This document shows positions 39,319 through 48,045 of a stretch of DNA of 64,000 nucleotides, in pieces. Below the pieces are notes generated by a model. The model saw only the letters and a list, made by a program, of their open reading frames with translations, searched no databases and was not told the DNA's origin. The DNA comes from an uncultured delta proteobacterium. GTDB taxonomy: Bacteria > Myxococcota > UBA727 > VGSZ01. The position numbers and the translations under genes were made by a program. Location: the NCBI GenBank assembly GCA_963775425.1, contig CAVZJB010000007.1:192001-256000 (forward strand). Direction: 5' to 3'. The first letter of the stretch is position 1; the number at the start of each line of letters is the position of its first letter.

Positions 39319-40308
39319 TCAGCCGAGCGCCGCGCGCCGGACGCGGTCGCGCACGGCGTCCCACGCGTCCCCGGCGGGGACGGCCTCGATGACGACGTCG
39401 GCGGCGCCGCTGCGCTCGAGCCGGTAGAGCGCCGCGTACAGCCCGCGCCCGTACCCGCCGACGTCGTCGGGGAGCACCTCGAGCGGCGCGACGCGCGTCC
39501 CGAGCGCCGCCCGCGTCGACGCGCGCACGAGGAGCGCCGCGGGGCCTGGCCAGGCGCCGGCGACGTCGTCTACGACGGCGACGCGCTTGCCGAGCGGCGC
39601 GTAGTGCCTGTGCCGCAGCCCCGGCGACGCCTCCTGCGGCGCGGCGCCGCTCCGATCGGGGGCCGGCGCGCGAACGTCGGGGAGCACCCGGCGCACCGCC
39701 TCGGCGGACAGCGCGCCCGGGCGAAGGATCACCGGCGCCGCTCCGCTCACGTCGACGACGGTGCTCTCGATCCCCTGCGCGCACGGGCCGCCGTCGACGA
39801 CGGCGTCGATCCTCCCGTCGAGGCTCGCGAGCACGTCATCGGCCGTGGTCGGGCTCGGCCGCCCCGACGCGTTCGCCGACGGCGCCGCGAGCGGCTCGCC
39901 GAGCGCGGAGAGCACGCGCAGGAAGACGTCGTGCGCCGGCACGCGCACGGCGACCTTCGACAGGCCGGCGGTGACGACGTCGGAGACGATGCCGCTCTTG
40001 TCGGCGACGACGGTGATCGGGCCGGGCGCGAACGCCGCGAGCAGCGCGCGCGCGCGCCCCCGGGGCGGGGCGGCGGCGCTCTCGAAGCGCCACAGGGGCA
40101 TCGCGTCCGCCGGCGACGCCACGTGGACGATCACGGGGTTGTCCTGCGGACGCCCCTTCGCGCGAAAGATGGCGCGAACGCACTCGTCGTCGAGCGCCCG
40201 GCCCGCGAGCCCGTACACGGTCTCGGTGGGCAGCGCCACGAGGCCGCCGGCGCGCAAGACGCGCACCACCTCGTCGAGGTCACCGGGCCCGAGCCTCCGC
40301 GTCTGCAC
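39319..40308 (-). CDS. sua5: L-threonylcarbamoyladenylate synthase (Sua5/TsaC2, with C-terminal Sua5 domain)
   Basis: VALPTETVYGL, KGRPQDNP, AAPSAN.SG.PSPT, GIESTVVD and SPG..HYAP motifs. Confidence 0.95.
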   Translation of the reverse strand: MQTRRLGPGDLDEVVRVLRAGGLVALPTETVYGLAGRALDDECVRAIFRAKGRPQDNPVIVHVASPADAMPLWRFESAAAPPRGRARALLAAFAPGPITVVADKSGIVSDVVTAGLSKVAVRVPAHDVFLRVLSALGEPLAAPSANASGRPSPTTADDVLASLDGRIDAVVDGGPCAQGIESTVVDVSGAAPVILRPGALSAEAVRRVLPDVRAPAPDRSGAAPQEASPGLRHRHYAPLGKRVAVVDDVAGAWPGPAALLVRASTRAALGTRVAPLEVLPDDVGGYGRGLYAALYRLERSGAADVVIEAVPAGDAWDAVRDRVRRAALG

Positions 40309-40383
40309 CGGCTCGGTATACACGGGCGAGCCGACGTCCCCCAGCCGCCGTGACCGCGGCGCCGGCCGCCGCGGGGGCGCCGC

Positions 40384-40668
40384 TCAAATCGTCGTCGTCG
40401 CCTGGAGCCGGCCGCGCGCCCAGCCGTCGTGAGCGTCCATCCAGCGCACCGCGGCCCAGTACCAGCCGGCGGCCGCGTAGAAGGCGGCGCCCGCGAGGAA
40501 CACCGGAGAGCCCATCAGCCCGACGAGCACGGTCCCCGTCGCGAGCAGCGCCGAGGCCAACGCATAGAACACGGCGGTGTTGCGCGAGTGGACCTGCCAG
40601 AGGCTGAGCCGCACCCAGAGCGGGCGCTCGGCGTCTCTTCGCGCGGGGATCAGGGTCGACGTGTCCAT
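40384..40668 (-). CDS. Small two-TM hypothetical membrane protein
   Basis: 94 aa; PLWVRLSLW..two hydrophobic helices..WYWAAVRWMD. Confidence 0.55.
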   Translation of the reverse strand: MDTSTLIPARRDAERPLWVRLSLWQVHSRNTAVFYALASALLATGTVLVGLMGSPVFLAGAAFYAAAGWYWAAVRWMDAHDGWARGRLQATTTI

Positions 40669-40759
40669 ACCCTCGATGGTGGCACGCGGGCGCCGGCGCC
40701 TTCCATGCCCCGGTGTGCGATGCGTTGGCACCCGCCGCCGCTCCGGGTACACCGCGGCC

Positions 40760-41827
40760 GTGGTCTCCGTCGCCTACGTGCTCGCCGCCGGGCTCGGCAC
40801 ACGCCTGCGCCCCCTCACCGAGCAGCGGCCCAAGCCGCTCCTCGAGGTGTGTGGCACGCCGCTCGTGCACTTCGCGCTCGGCTTGCTCGAGCGCGCGGGC
40901 GTCCGCCGCGTCGGTCTCAATTCGCACTGGCTGCACCCGCGATTGCCCGACGCCCTCGGCGAGCGGTTCGGCGGCATGGAGATCGTCACCGTGCACGAGC
41001 CCGCCGTCCTCGGCACCGGCGGCGGCCTGCGCGGCCTGGCCAAGGCGCTGCCGGCGCCCGCCGGCGAGAAGGTGCTCGTCATGAACGCCGACGCGCTCAT
41101 CGACGTCGACCTCGAGGCGCTCGTCGAGGCCGATCGCGAGGACGCGCTGGCCACGCTGGTGCTCAAGGAGACGCCCGACGTCGACGCCTACGGCGCCATC
41201 GGCACCGACGCCGCCGACCGCATCACCGACTTCGCCGGCCGCGCGCACACCGGGAGCGTGGTGCGCCGGCGCATGTTCTGCGGCGTCCACCTCGTCCACC
41301 CGCGCGCGTTCGAGGTGTTGCCCGACGTCACCGTCGAAGGCGGTGTGGCGCGCGGGCCGCAGTCGGGGATCAACGACGAGGGCTACCCGGTGTGGATGAT
41401 GCGAGGCGAGGCGCTCTACGCCTTCGACACCACCGGGACCTTCTGCGACGTCGGCACCCCCGAGCGCCTGCTCGAAGCCAACCTCTCCGTCTTGAGCGGC
41501 GCGTGGAGCAGCAATCACCTGCGGCCGTTTGCGCGGCTCGAGGAGCGCGCGCCGCGGGTGTTCGTGTCGCCGCGCGCGCGGGTGCACCCGGACGCCGCGC
41601 TGGTCGCGCCCGTGCTCGTCGACGACGACGCCGAGGTCGGCGCCGGCGCGCGCGTGGCTTCGAGCGTGGTCGGCAAGCGCGCGCGCGTGGCCGCCGGCGC
41701 GCGCTTGAATCAAGTGGTGATTCAGTCGGACAGCAGCGTCGACGGCGACGTCGAGCGCGCCGTCCTTTTGAACCGCGCGGTGGGGCCAAACTCCCCGGGA
41801 TCGCTCGTCGACAAGAACCGCAGTTGA
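40760..41827 (+). CDS. Sugar-phosphate nucleotidyltransferase (mannose-1-P guanylyltransferase/MurU-like) with hexapeptide tail
   Basis: LAAGLGTRLRPLT..PKPL, E..LGTGGG, NAD and DVGTP motifs; left-handed beta-helix C-terminus. Confidence 0.9.
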   Translation: MVSVAYVLAAGLGTRLRPLTEQRPKPLLEVCGTPLVHFALGLLERAGVRRVGLNSHWLHPRLPDALGERFGGMEIVTVHEPAVLGTGGGLRGLAKALPAPAGEKVLVMNADALIDVDLEALVEADREDALATLVLKETPDVDAYGAIGTDAADRITDFAGRAHTGSVVRRRMFCGVHLVHPRAFEVLPDVTVEGGVARGPQSGINDEGYPVWMMRGEALYAFDTTGTFCDVGTPERLLEANLSVLSGAWSSNHLRPFARLEERAPRVFVSPRARVHPDAALVAPVLVDDDAEVGAGARVASSVVGKRARVAAGARLNQVVIQSDSSVDGDVERAVLLNRAVGPNSPGSLVDKNRS

Positions 41828-41878
41828 CCCCGAGGGGTCTCCTCGCTAACCCACACGCACTCTCGAATGGAGACCTCC

Positions 41879-43042
41879 GTGAAGCGCAACCGCAAGTCCC
41901 ATGTGACCGTCACCGGTCGCTTGTTGTTCGCCGTCATCGCCGCGGGCGCCCTCGCCCTGGCCGGCTGCCCGAAGAAGGGTGACAGCGGGAGCGACAACGG
42001 CGGCTCGTCGCCGTCGAGCTCCCCAATGGCCCCGTCGCCCGCGTCAACGGCGAAGACATCCCGCGCGCCGACTTCGAGAAGCAGATGGAGCGCACCCGCG
42101 CCCGCTTCCAGCGCGCCGGGCGGCAAATCGCGCCCGCGCTCGAGAGCCGGCTGAAGGAGAACCTCATCCGCAAGCTCGTCGAGGAAGAGCTCATCGCGCA
42201 GAAGGCCAAGGCCGAAGGCGTGAGCCTGGACAAGGCGGAGATCGACGCCAAGCTCACGGAGCACAAGGGCCGCTTCGGCTCGGACAAGGCGTTCCAGTCG
42301 TTCCTCGAGCGCACGCAGCAGTCCGAGGCGGACGTCCGCTCCGACCTCGAGAAGAACCTGCTTCGCGACAAGCTCTTCGCCAAGCTCCTCTCCGGGCAGG
42401 AGCCCACCGAGGACGACGCCAAGAAGTACTACGACGAGAACAAGGACAAGTATAAGCAGCGCGAGCAGATCAACGCGCAGCACATCCTGTTCAAGATCGA
42501 CAAGACCACGTCGGACGCGGACAAGAAGAAGAAGCTCTCCGAGGCCAAGAAGGTCCTGGCCGAGGCCAAGAAGCCCGGCGCTGACTTCGCCGCGCTCGCC
42601 AAGAAGTACAGCGAGGGCCCCACCGCGCAGCGCGGCGGCGACCTCGGCACCTTCTCGCGCGGCCGCATGGTGAAGCAGTTCGAAGACGCGGCCTTCGCCG
42701 CCAAGCCGGGCGAGATCGTCGGGCCGGTGGAGACGCAGTTCGGCTACCACATCATCAAGGTCAACTCGAAGAACCCCGAGGTGCAGCGCCCGTACGACGA
42801 GGTGAAGGACTCCATCCTCACGAGCCTCAAGGCGCGGCAGAAGTCCAAGGCCACCCGTGAGCTGCTCGACAAGCTGAAGGCCGACGCCAAGATCGAGAAT
42901 CCTCGAGCCCGGCGTCTCCATCGAGCCCCGCCGGCCGACCATGATGGGCGGCAAGCCCGTGGTCCCCGCGGACCTCGACAACGTGCGCGCGCAGGCCAAG
43001 AAGGCCGCCGAGGCCGCCAAGGATTCCTCCGGCTCGAAATGA
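41879..43042 (+). CDS. PrsA/SurA-like parvulin peptidyl-prolyl isomerase lipoprotein, interrupted by two single-base indels (~42022 and ~42898)
   Basis: GGAG RBS, GTG start and lipobox LAGC in one frame. VARVNGEDI..HIL..FAALAKKYSE..GGDLG..ETQFGYHIIK lie in a second frame. The natural C-terminus (KIEILEPG..GSK*) lies in the first frame again, and its TGA overlaps the next ATG. Confidence 0.85.
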
Positions 43043-44562
43043 CCCGGAGCGGGCGCGCGCTCGTCGTGGGGCGCGCCCCTGTGGCGGCGCGCGCGCTGCG
43101 CGCGAGCTGTGCGTGCCTCGCGCTCGCCTCGTGCGCGTCGGCGCAGACCGCGGGCGGCGGCGCCGCCACCACCGGGGTCGAGCCCGTCGACATCGACCCC
43201 ATCCTCCTCGACGAGACCGTCGGCCTCACCGCCGAGCTGATCCGCGCGCACGCGGTGAACCCGCCCGGTGAGGAGAAGCGCGTCGTCGACGTCCTCGCCG
43301 CCACGCTGCAGGACGCCGGCCTCGACGTCGTCACCGCGCCCTTCGGCGGCGATGCCCGGCGCGCCAACCTCAAGGCCGTCCTGCACGGACGCGATCCGAC
43401 GGCGCCGCCGCTGCTGCTGCTCGGCCACAGCGACGTCGTCCCCGCCGACGCCGCCGAGTGGTCGGTGCCGCCCTTCGACGGCGCCATCCAGGGCGGCCGG
43501 CTCATCGGCCGCGGCGCCTTCGACATGCTCTCCATGGACGCCCTCGAGGCGTTGACGCTGGTCGCCCTCAAGCGCGGCGGCACGACGCTCGAGCGCGACG
43601 TCGTCCTCGTCATCGAGGGCGACGAGGAGGTCGGCGGCGAGGGCATGAAGCAGGCGCTCGTCGACTGGCCCGAGCTGAAGAAGGCAGCCTTCGCGCTCAC
43701 CGAAGGCGGCGCGTTCCTCGAGAGCTACCTGCGGCCGGGCGAGGACCTCGCCGCCGTCGCCGTCGCCGAGAAGGGTCTGTTCCAGTTCTCGCTCACCGCG
43801 CACGGCAAGAGCGGCCACGGCAGCACCCCCGTCGACGACGCCGCGCCGGACCGCATCATCCGCGCCGCCGCCCGCGTCCTCGACCGCGACGTCCGGTTCA
43901 CCATCACGCCCATCGCCGCGCGCCAGCTCGCGGACATCGGCGCCGCGCACGGCGGCATCGAGGGCGTCGTGTTGTCGTCGCCGGCGCTGGCCAAGGCCTT
44001 CGCGCGCCCGCTCCTCGACGCCACGCCGTCGTCGGCCGCGCTGTTTCGCGACACCTGCTCGCTCACCGTGCTCGACGCCGGGCAGAAGCGAAACGTCATC
44101 CCCGGCACCGCCAGCGCCACCTTCGACTGCCGCCTGTTGCCCGGCACCGACCCCCACGCCTTCCGCGATCGCATGCTCGCCATCGTCGACGACCCGCGCG
44201 TGGACCTCACCGTCCTCGAGGCCGCGCCCGCGAGCGGCTCGGCTCCGGACAGCCCCGTCGTCGACGCGCTGCGCGCGCGCATCAAGCGCGAGATCCCCGG
44301 CGCCGCCGTCGTCGCCACGCTCTCCAAGGCCGCCACCGACTGCCGCTTCGTGCGCAAGGCCGGCGTCCCCTGCTACGGCTTCATCCCCATCCTCATCACC
44401 CGCGAGGAGCTCGACGCCGTGCACGGCAAGGACGAGTCCGTCCGCACCGAAGAGCTCGCCAAGGCCCTGCCCCGCCTGGTCGACGTCGTCGCCGCCCTCG
44501 CCACGGTGGCGCCCACGACGGCGCCGGGCGCGGCGCGCTCCTCGCCGCCGGGGTCCCCGTGA
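43039..44562 (+). CDS. M20/M25/M40 family metallopeptidase, probable lipoprotein
   Basis: LASC lipobox; GHSDVVP, GRGAFDM, DEEVGG, GHGS, NVIP, TD.R and HG.DE motifs. Confidence 0.9.
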   Translation: MTRSGRALVVGRAPVAARALRASCACLALASCASAQTAGGGAATTGVEPVDIDPILLDETVGLTAELIRAHAVNPPGEEKRVVDVLAATLQDAGLDVVTAPFGGDARRANLKAVLHGRDPTAPPLLLLGHSDVVPADAAEWSVPPFDGAIQGGRLIGRGAFDMLSMDALEALTLVALKRGGTTLERDVVLVIEGDEEVGGEGMKQALVDWPELKKAAFALTEGGAFLESYLRPGEDLAAVAVAEKGLFQFSLTAHGKSGHGSTPVDDAAPDRIIRAAARVLDRDVRFTITPIAARQLADIGAAHGGIEGVVLSSPALAKAFARPLLDATPSSAALFRDTCSLTVLDAGQKRNVIPGTASATFDCRLLPGTDPHAFRDRMLAIVDDPRVDLTVLEAAPASGSAPDSPVVDALRARIKREIPGAAVVATLSKAATDCRFVRKAGVPCYGFIPILITREELDAVHGKDESVRTEELAKALPRLVDVVAALATVAPTTAPGAARSSPPGSP

Positions 44563-45725
44563 ACCCCGCCGCCCACGGCTTCCTGCTCGACCCCGACGTG
44601 ATCTTCTTGAACCACGGGTCCTTCGGGTCCTGCCCCCGCGTCGTGCTCGACGAGCAGGCGCGCCTGCGCGAGCGCATGGAGCGCGAGCCCATGCGGCTCC
44701 TGCTGCGCGACCTCGAGGGGCTGCTCGACGATGCCCGCGCGCGCCTCGCCGCGTTCGTGAACGCGCCGCCGGCGTCGCTCGCGTTCGTGCCGAACGCCAC
44801 CACCGGCGTGAACGCCGTGCTCGGCTCCTTCCCGCTCTCCGCCGGCGACGAGCTCCTCGTCACCGACCACGAGTACAACGCCTGCCGCAACGCCCTCGAC
44901 CGCGCCGCCGCCGGCGCCGGCGCCGGCGTCAACGTCGTGTCGCTGCCGCTGCCGCTCACGAAGGACGCGGTGGTTCACGCGGTGCTCGCCGCCGTCACGC
45001 CGAGGACGCGCCTCGCGCTCCTCGATCACGTCACCAGCCCCACCGCCGCCGTGCTCCCGCTCGAGCACATCGTCCCCGCGCTCGAGGCGCGCGGCGTCGC
45101 CGTCCTCGTCGACGGCGCACACGCCCCCGGGATGATCCCCCTCGACGTCACCGCGCTCGGCGCGTCGTTTTACACGGGCAACTGCCACAAGTGGCTGTGC
45201 GCGCCCAAGGGCGCGGGCTTCCTCGCGGTCCGCCCCGATCGCGCCGCCGGCGTGCGCCCCGTGGTCACCAGCCACGGCGCCAACTCTCCGCGCACGGACC
45301 GCGCGCGTTTCCTCCTCGAGTTCGACTGGACCGGCACCGGCGACTTCACCGCGTATCTGTGCGTCCCCGCCGCCCTCGACTTCCTCGCCGCCCTCCTGCC
45401 CGGCGGCGTCTCCGCCGTCATGGCGGCAAACCACGCGCGCGCCCTCGAGGGCGGGCGCATCGTCGCCGAGGCGCTCGGCGTCGAGCCCACCTGTGCCGGG
45501 GACATGGCCGGTTCCATGCGCGCCGTCGCGCTCCCCGACGACGGCCGCGGCCCCACGTCGGCGCTCGCCCTCGACGACCCGCTGCAGCGGCGGCTCTTCG
45601 AGGAGCACCGCGTCGAGGTGCCCGTGTTCCCCTTCGGCGGCCGGCGGCTGCTGCGCGTCTCGGCGCAGGTCTACAACGAGCGCAGCGACTACGAGGCCCT
45701 CGCCCGCGCGCTCCGCCCCGCCTGA
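44559..45725 (+). CDS. Class V PLP-dependent aminotransferase (isopenicillin-N-epimerase/EgtE-like lyase)
   Basis: LNHGSFG, PNATTG, DHVTSPT, VDGAH and NCHKWL (PLP lysine) motifs; LRVSAQVYN. Confidence 0.9.
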   Translation: MNPAAHGFLLDPDVIFLNHGSFGSCPRVVLDEQARLRERMEREPMRLLLRDLEGLLDDARARLAAFVNAPPASLAFVPNATTGVNAVLGSFPLSAGDELLVTDHEYNACRNALDRAAAGAGAGVNVVSLPLPLTKDAVVHAVLAAVTPRTRLALLDHVTSPTAAVLPLEHIVPALEARGVAVLVDGAHAPGMIPLDVTALGASFYTGNCHKWLCAPKGAGFLAVRPDRAAGVRPVVTSHGANSPRTDRARFLLEFDWTGTGDFTAYLCVPAALDFLAALLPGGVSAVMAANHARALEGGRIVAEALGVEPTCAGDMAGSMRAVALPDDGRGPTSALALDDPLQRRLFEEHRVEVPVFPFGGRRLLRVSAQVYNERSDYEALARALRPA

Positions 45726-45790
45726 GCACCCGGCGCCGGATCGCCGGGCGGCGGCTTGTCCGCCGCCGTCGACGGCGTAGGCTCCCGCCC

Positions 45791-46399
45791 GTGAGCGACG
45801 ACGCCTTGCCCGAGCCCCTCGAGCGGTTCCGCCTGTGGTGGAGCGAGCGGAAGGCGCTCGACCCGACGGAGATCGCGGCGGCGATGGTGCTGTCGTCGGT
45901 GGACGACCGCGGCCGCCCGTCGTCGCGCGTGGTGCTCTTGCGCGGCTTCGACGCGCGGGGCTTCGCGTTCTACACGAACCTCGAGTCGCGCAAGGCGCGC
46001 GAGCTGCTCGCGCACCCCTTCGCCGCGCTCAACTTCCACTGGCCCGCGCTCAACCCCGACAATCGCGGGCGCCAGGTCCGCGTCGAGGGCGCCGTCGAGG
46101 CCGTCAGCGACGCCGAGTCCGACGCCTACTTCGCCGGCCGCCACCGCGACTCCCAGCTCGGGGCGTGGGCCTCCGACCAGTCGCGGCCGCTCGCCAGCGC
46201 GGACGCGCTCGCGGCGCGCGTCGAAGAGCTGCGCGGGCGCTTCGCGGGCGCGCCCGTGCCGCGACCGCCGCACTGGGGCGGGCTGCGGGTGGTGCCCGAC
46301 GCGCTCGAGCTCTGGCAGGAGGGCGCCTTTCGGCTGCACAGCCGGGAGCGCTACGAGCGCCGCGGGGACGCCTGGTCGCGGACGCTCCTGTACCCGTAA
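45791..46399 (+). CDS. pdxH: Pyridoxamine 5'-phosphate oxidase
   Basis: PSSRVVLL, FYTN.ESRK, RQVRVEG, SQLGAWAS.QS, WGG, E.WQ..RLH.R and L.P motifs. Confidence 0.95.
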   Translation: MSDDALPEPLERFRLWWSERKALDPTEIAAAMVLSSVDDRGRPSSRVVLLRGFDARGFAFYTNLESRKARELLAHPFAALNFHWPALNPDNRGRQVRVEGAVEAVSDAESDAYFAGRHRDSQLGAWASDQSRPLASADALAARVEELRGRFAGAPVPRPPHWGGLRVVPDALELWQEGAFRLHSRERYERRGDAWSRTLLYP

Positions 46400-46429
46400 G
46401 ACCTACATCAAGATCCCCGAAACACACAG

Positions 46430-46456
46430 GAAACCCCTCCGTCATTTGGGCGATAC
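46430..46456 (+). promoter_or_regulatory. Putative sigma28 (FliA/WhiG-type) promoter GAAA-N15-GGCGATAC
   Basis: Matches the TAAA-N15-GCCGATAA consensus at 3/4 and 6/8 positions with an exact 15-bp spacer, 62 nt before a start with a strong RBS. Confidence 0.5.
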
Positions 46457-46518
46457 TCGTCCCGACCACCCCGTCGCGCGCCCGCCGTGGCGCGCGCAAC
46501 CACGGAGGGAACCCCATC

Positions 46519-47979
46519 ATGGCCGTTACGCTGAACAAGGACCCCAAGGCGCTCGCGCGCGAGCTCAACAAATTCGTCACCGACGCCGGGGGCAAGGAGA
46601 TCCCCGGGCTCGACAACCTGGACCCCAAGGAGCTCATCCAGATCCGGGATGGGCTGCGGCAGTTCCTCGACAATTTCGACCAGGCCGGCCAGAAGGACCC
46701 GCAGCTCGCCAAGCTGGCGGACACGGCGGCGGTGAAGTCCCTCCGCCAGCTCGCCCAGATCGCGAGCCAGAAGGTGGACCAGGCCGCGGTCGCCAACACC
46801 GCGCAGACGCAGCAGGGGCTCGCGGCCAACAAGAAGCTGAGCGCCGACGACGTCGCCGCCGGCAACCAGGACATCGCCAACCTGCAGGCGCAGGTGGCGC
46901 AGCAGAAGCTCGCGGTGTCGCAGCAGAAGGTGCAGCTCCAGGGCGAGGTGCAAAAGCTCGAGGCCAACCCCAACCGCACGCCCGCCGAGGAGGCGCTGCT
47001 CGCGGGCAAGCGCACGCAGCTGCAGGTGCTGGGCGGCATCGACCAGAACCTCGACGTCAAAAAGCAGGGCCTCGAGGCGGCGCAGCTCGCGCTCAGCGAC
47101 GGCGTGCTCACCGGCAGCGAGGCCAAGGACCTCCAGACCATCCAGCGCGCCGTGCTCCAGAAGGACCAGATGCTCGGCCAGCTCGGCGCGCAGGCCGATC
47201 AGCTCGTCGGGCACGCGCAGGCGCTGTCGGCGGCGCCCTACGCCCAAAACGGCTCCAACTTCGACCCGATGGCGCTCAACCAGGTGGCCACCTCGGCCAT
47301 CCTCGCGTCGGCGATGCAGGCCAACGGTCTGCCGGGCATCACCGCGCCGGGCAGCAACAGCCTCCAGAACCTCCAGAACCTGATCGGCAACGCCGGCGGC
47401 TTCGCCAACACCGGCGTCGCCAACACCGCGCAGAACTTCCAGCGCGCGGGCGCGCTGAGCACGCCCTCGCGCATCGGTGACGACGCCAGCCTCGGCACCG
47501 ACGCCAACCTGGCTTCGCTCACCGCGGCCGGCGGCGGCGGCGGCTTCTTCGAGGACCGCGTCTTCGCCATCATGTGCAAGGTCGTCGAGGACTTCCAAAA
47601 GCAGATCGAGCAGCGCCTCGAGAAGCTCCAGCAGCAGGCCCAGGACGCCGAGAGCGGCGGGGGCAAGGGCGGCGGCGGCAAGGGCGGCGGCCTCGGCGGC
47701 ATCATCGGCGGCGTCGCGGGCACCGCGCTCGGCGGCCCCGTCGGCGGCATGGTCGGCAAGGCGGTCGGCGGCGCGGTCGGCGGCGCGGTCGACGGCGGCG
47801 GCAAGGGCGGCGCCGGCGGCGCCAGCGGCGGCAACGGTCAGGAGAGCCGCAACATCGAGTTCGAGAAGATCAAGTACGACATGCAGAAGCTCAGCCAGAT
47901 GCAGCAGGCCATGTCGAACATCTTGAACACGATGGACGACCTCGCCAAGAACGCCATCCGCCACATCAAGGCGGGCTGA
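46519..47979 (+). CDS. Q/N/A-rich coiled-coil protein with glycine zipper; candidate type-III-secreted filament/translocator subunit
   Basis: GGAGGG RBS; no signal peptide; no Trp and only 1 Cys; long coiled coil; GGIIGGVAGTALGGPVGGMVG zipper; C-terminal EKIKYDMQKLSQMQQAMSNILNTMDDLAKNAIRHIK. The CDS is certain; the function is inferred. Confidence 0.6.
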   Translation: MAVTLNKDPKALARELNKFVTDAGGKEIPGLDNLDPKELIQIRDGLRQFLDNFDQAGQKDPQLAKLADTAAVKSLRQLAQIASQKVDQAAVANTAQTQQGLAANKKLSADDVAAGNQDIANLQAQVAQQKLAVSQQKVQLQGEVQKLEANPNRTPAEEALLAGKRTQLQVLGGIDQNLDVKKQGLEAAQLALSDGVLTGSEAKDLQTIQRAVLQKDQMLGQLGAQADQLVGHAQALSAAPYAQNGSNFDPMALNQVATSAILASAMQANGLPGITAPGSNSLQNLQNLIGNAGGFANTGVANTAQNFQRAGALSTPSRIGDDASLGTDANLASLTAAGGGGGFFEDRVFAIMCKVVEDFQKQIEQRLEKLQQQAQDAESGGGKGGGGKGGGLGGIIGGVAGTALGGPVGGMVGKAVGGAVGGAVDGGGKGGAGGASGGNGQESRNIEFEKIKYDMQKLSQMQQAMSNILNTMDDLAKNAIRHIKAG

Positions 47980-48045
47980 TGACGTTCGCGCACGGCGCTG
48001 CCGCCCGCTCGACGGCGCGGCGGCAGTGCCCGTAGGATGCCGGCG

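Noticed and set aside
41827-41840. Hairpin GACCCC-GA-GGGGTC as an intrinsic terminator
   Set aside because: The loop is very short and there is no U-tract, so it cannot be supported as a terminator.
42018-42026. Possible programmed frameshift or phase variation separating the PPIase signal peptide
   Set aside because: Only a 4-C run with one base missing. Together with two other isolated indels in intact genes, this fits sequencing error better.
42085-44562. Apparent novel PPIase-M20 peptidase fusion (825 aa)
   Set aside because: An extra A at ~42898 (GAGAATCCTC versus GAG ATC CTC) shifts the frame. Removing it restores a natural PPIase C-terminus ending at TGA 43040-43042, which overlaps the peptidase ATG. 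The peptidase has its own signal/lipobox.
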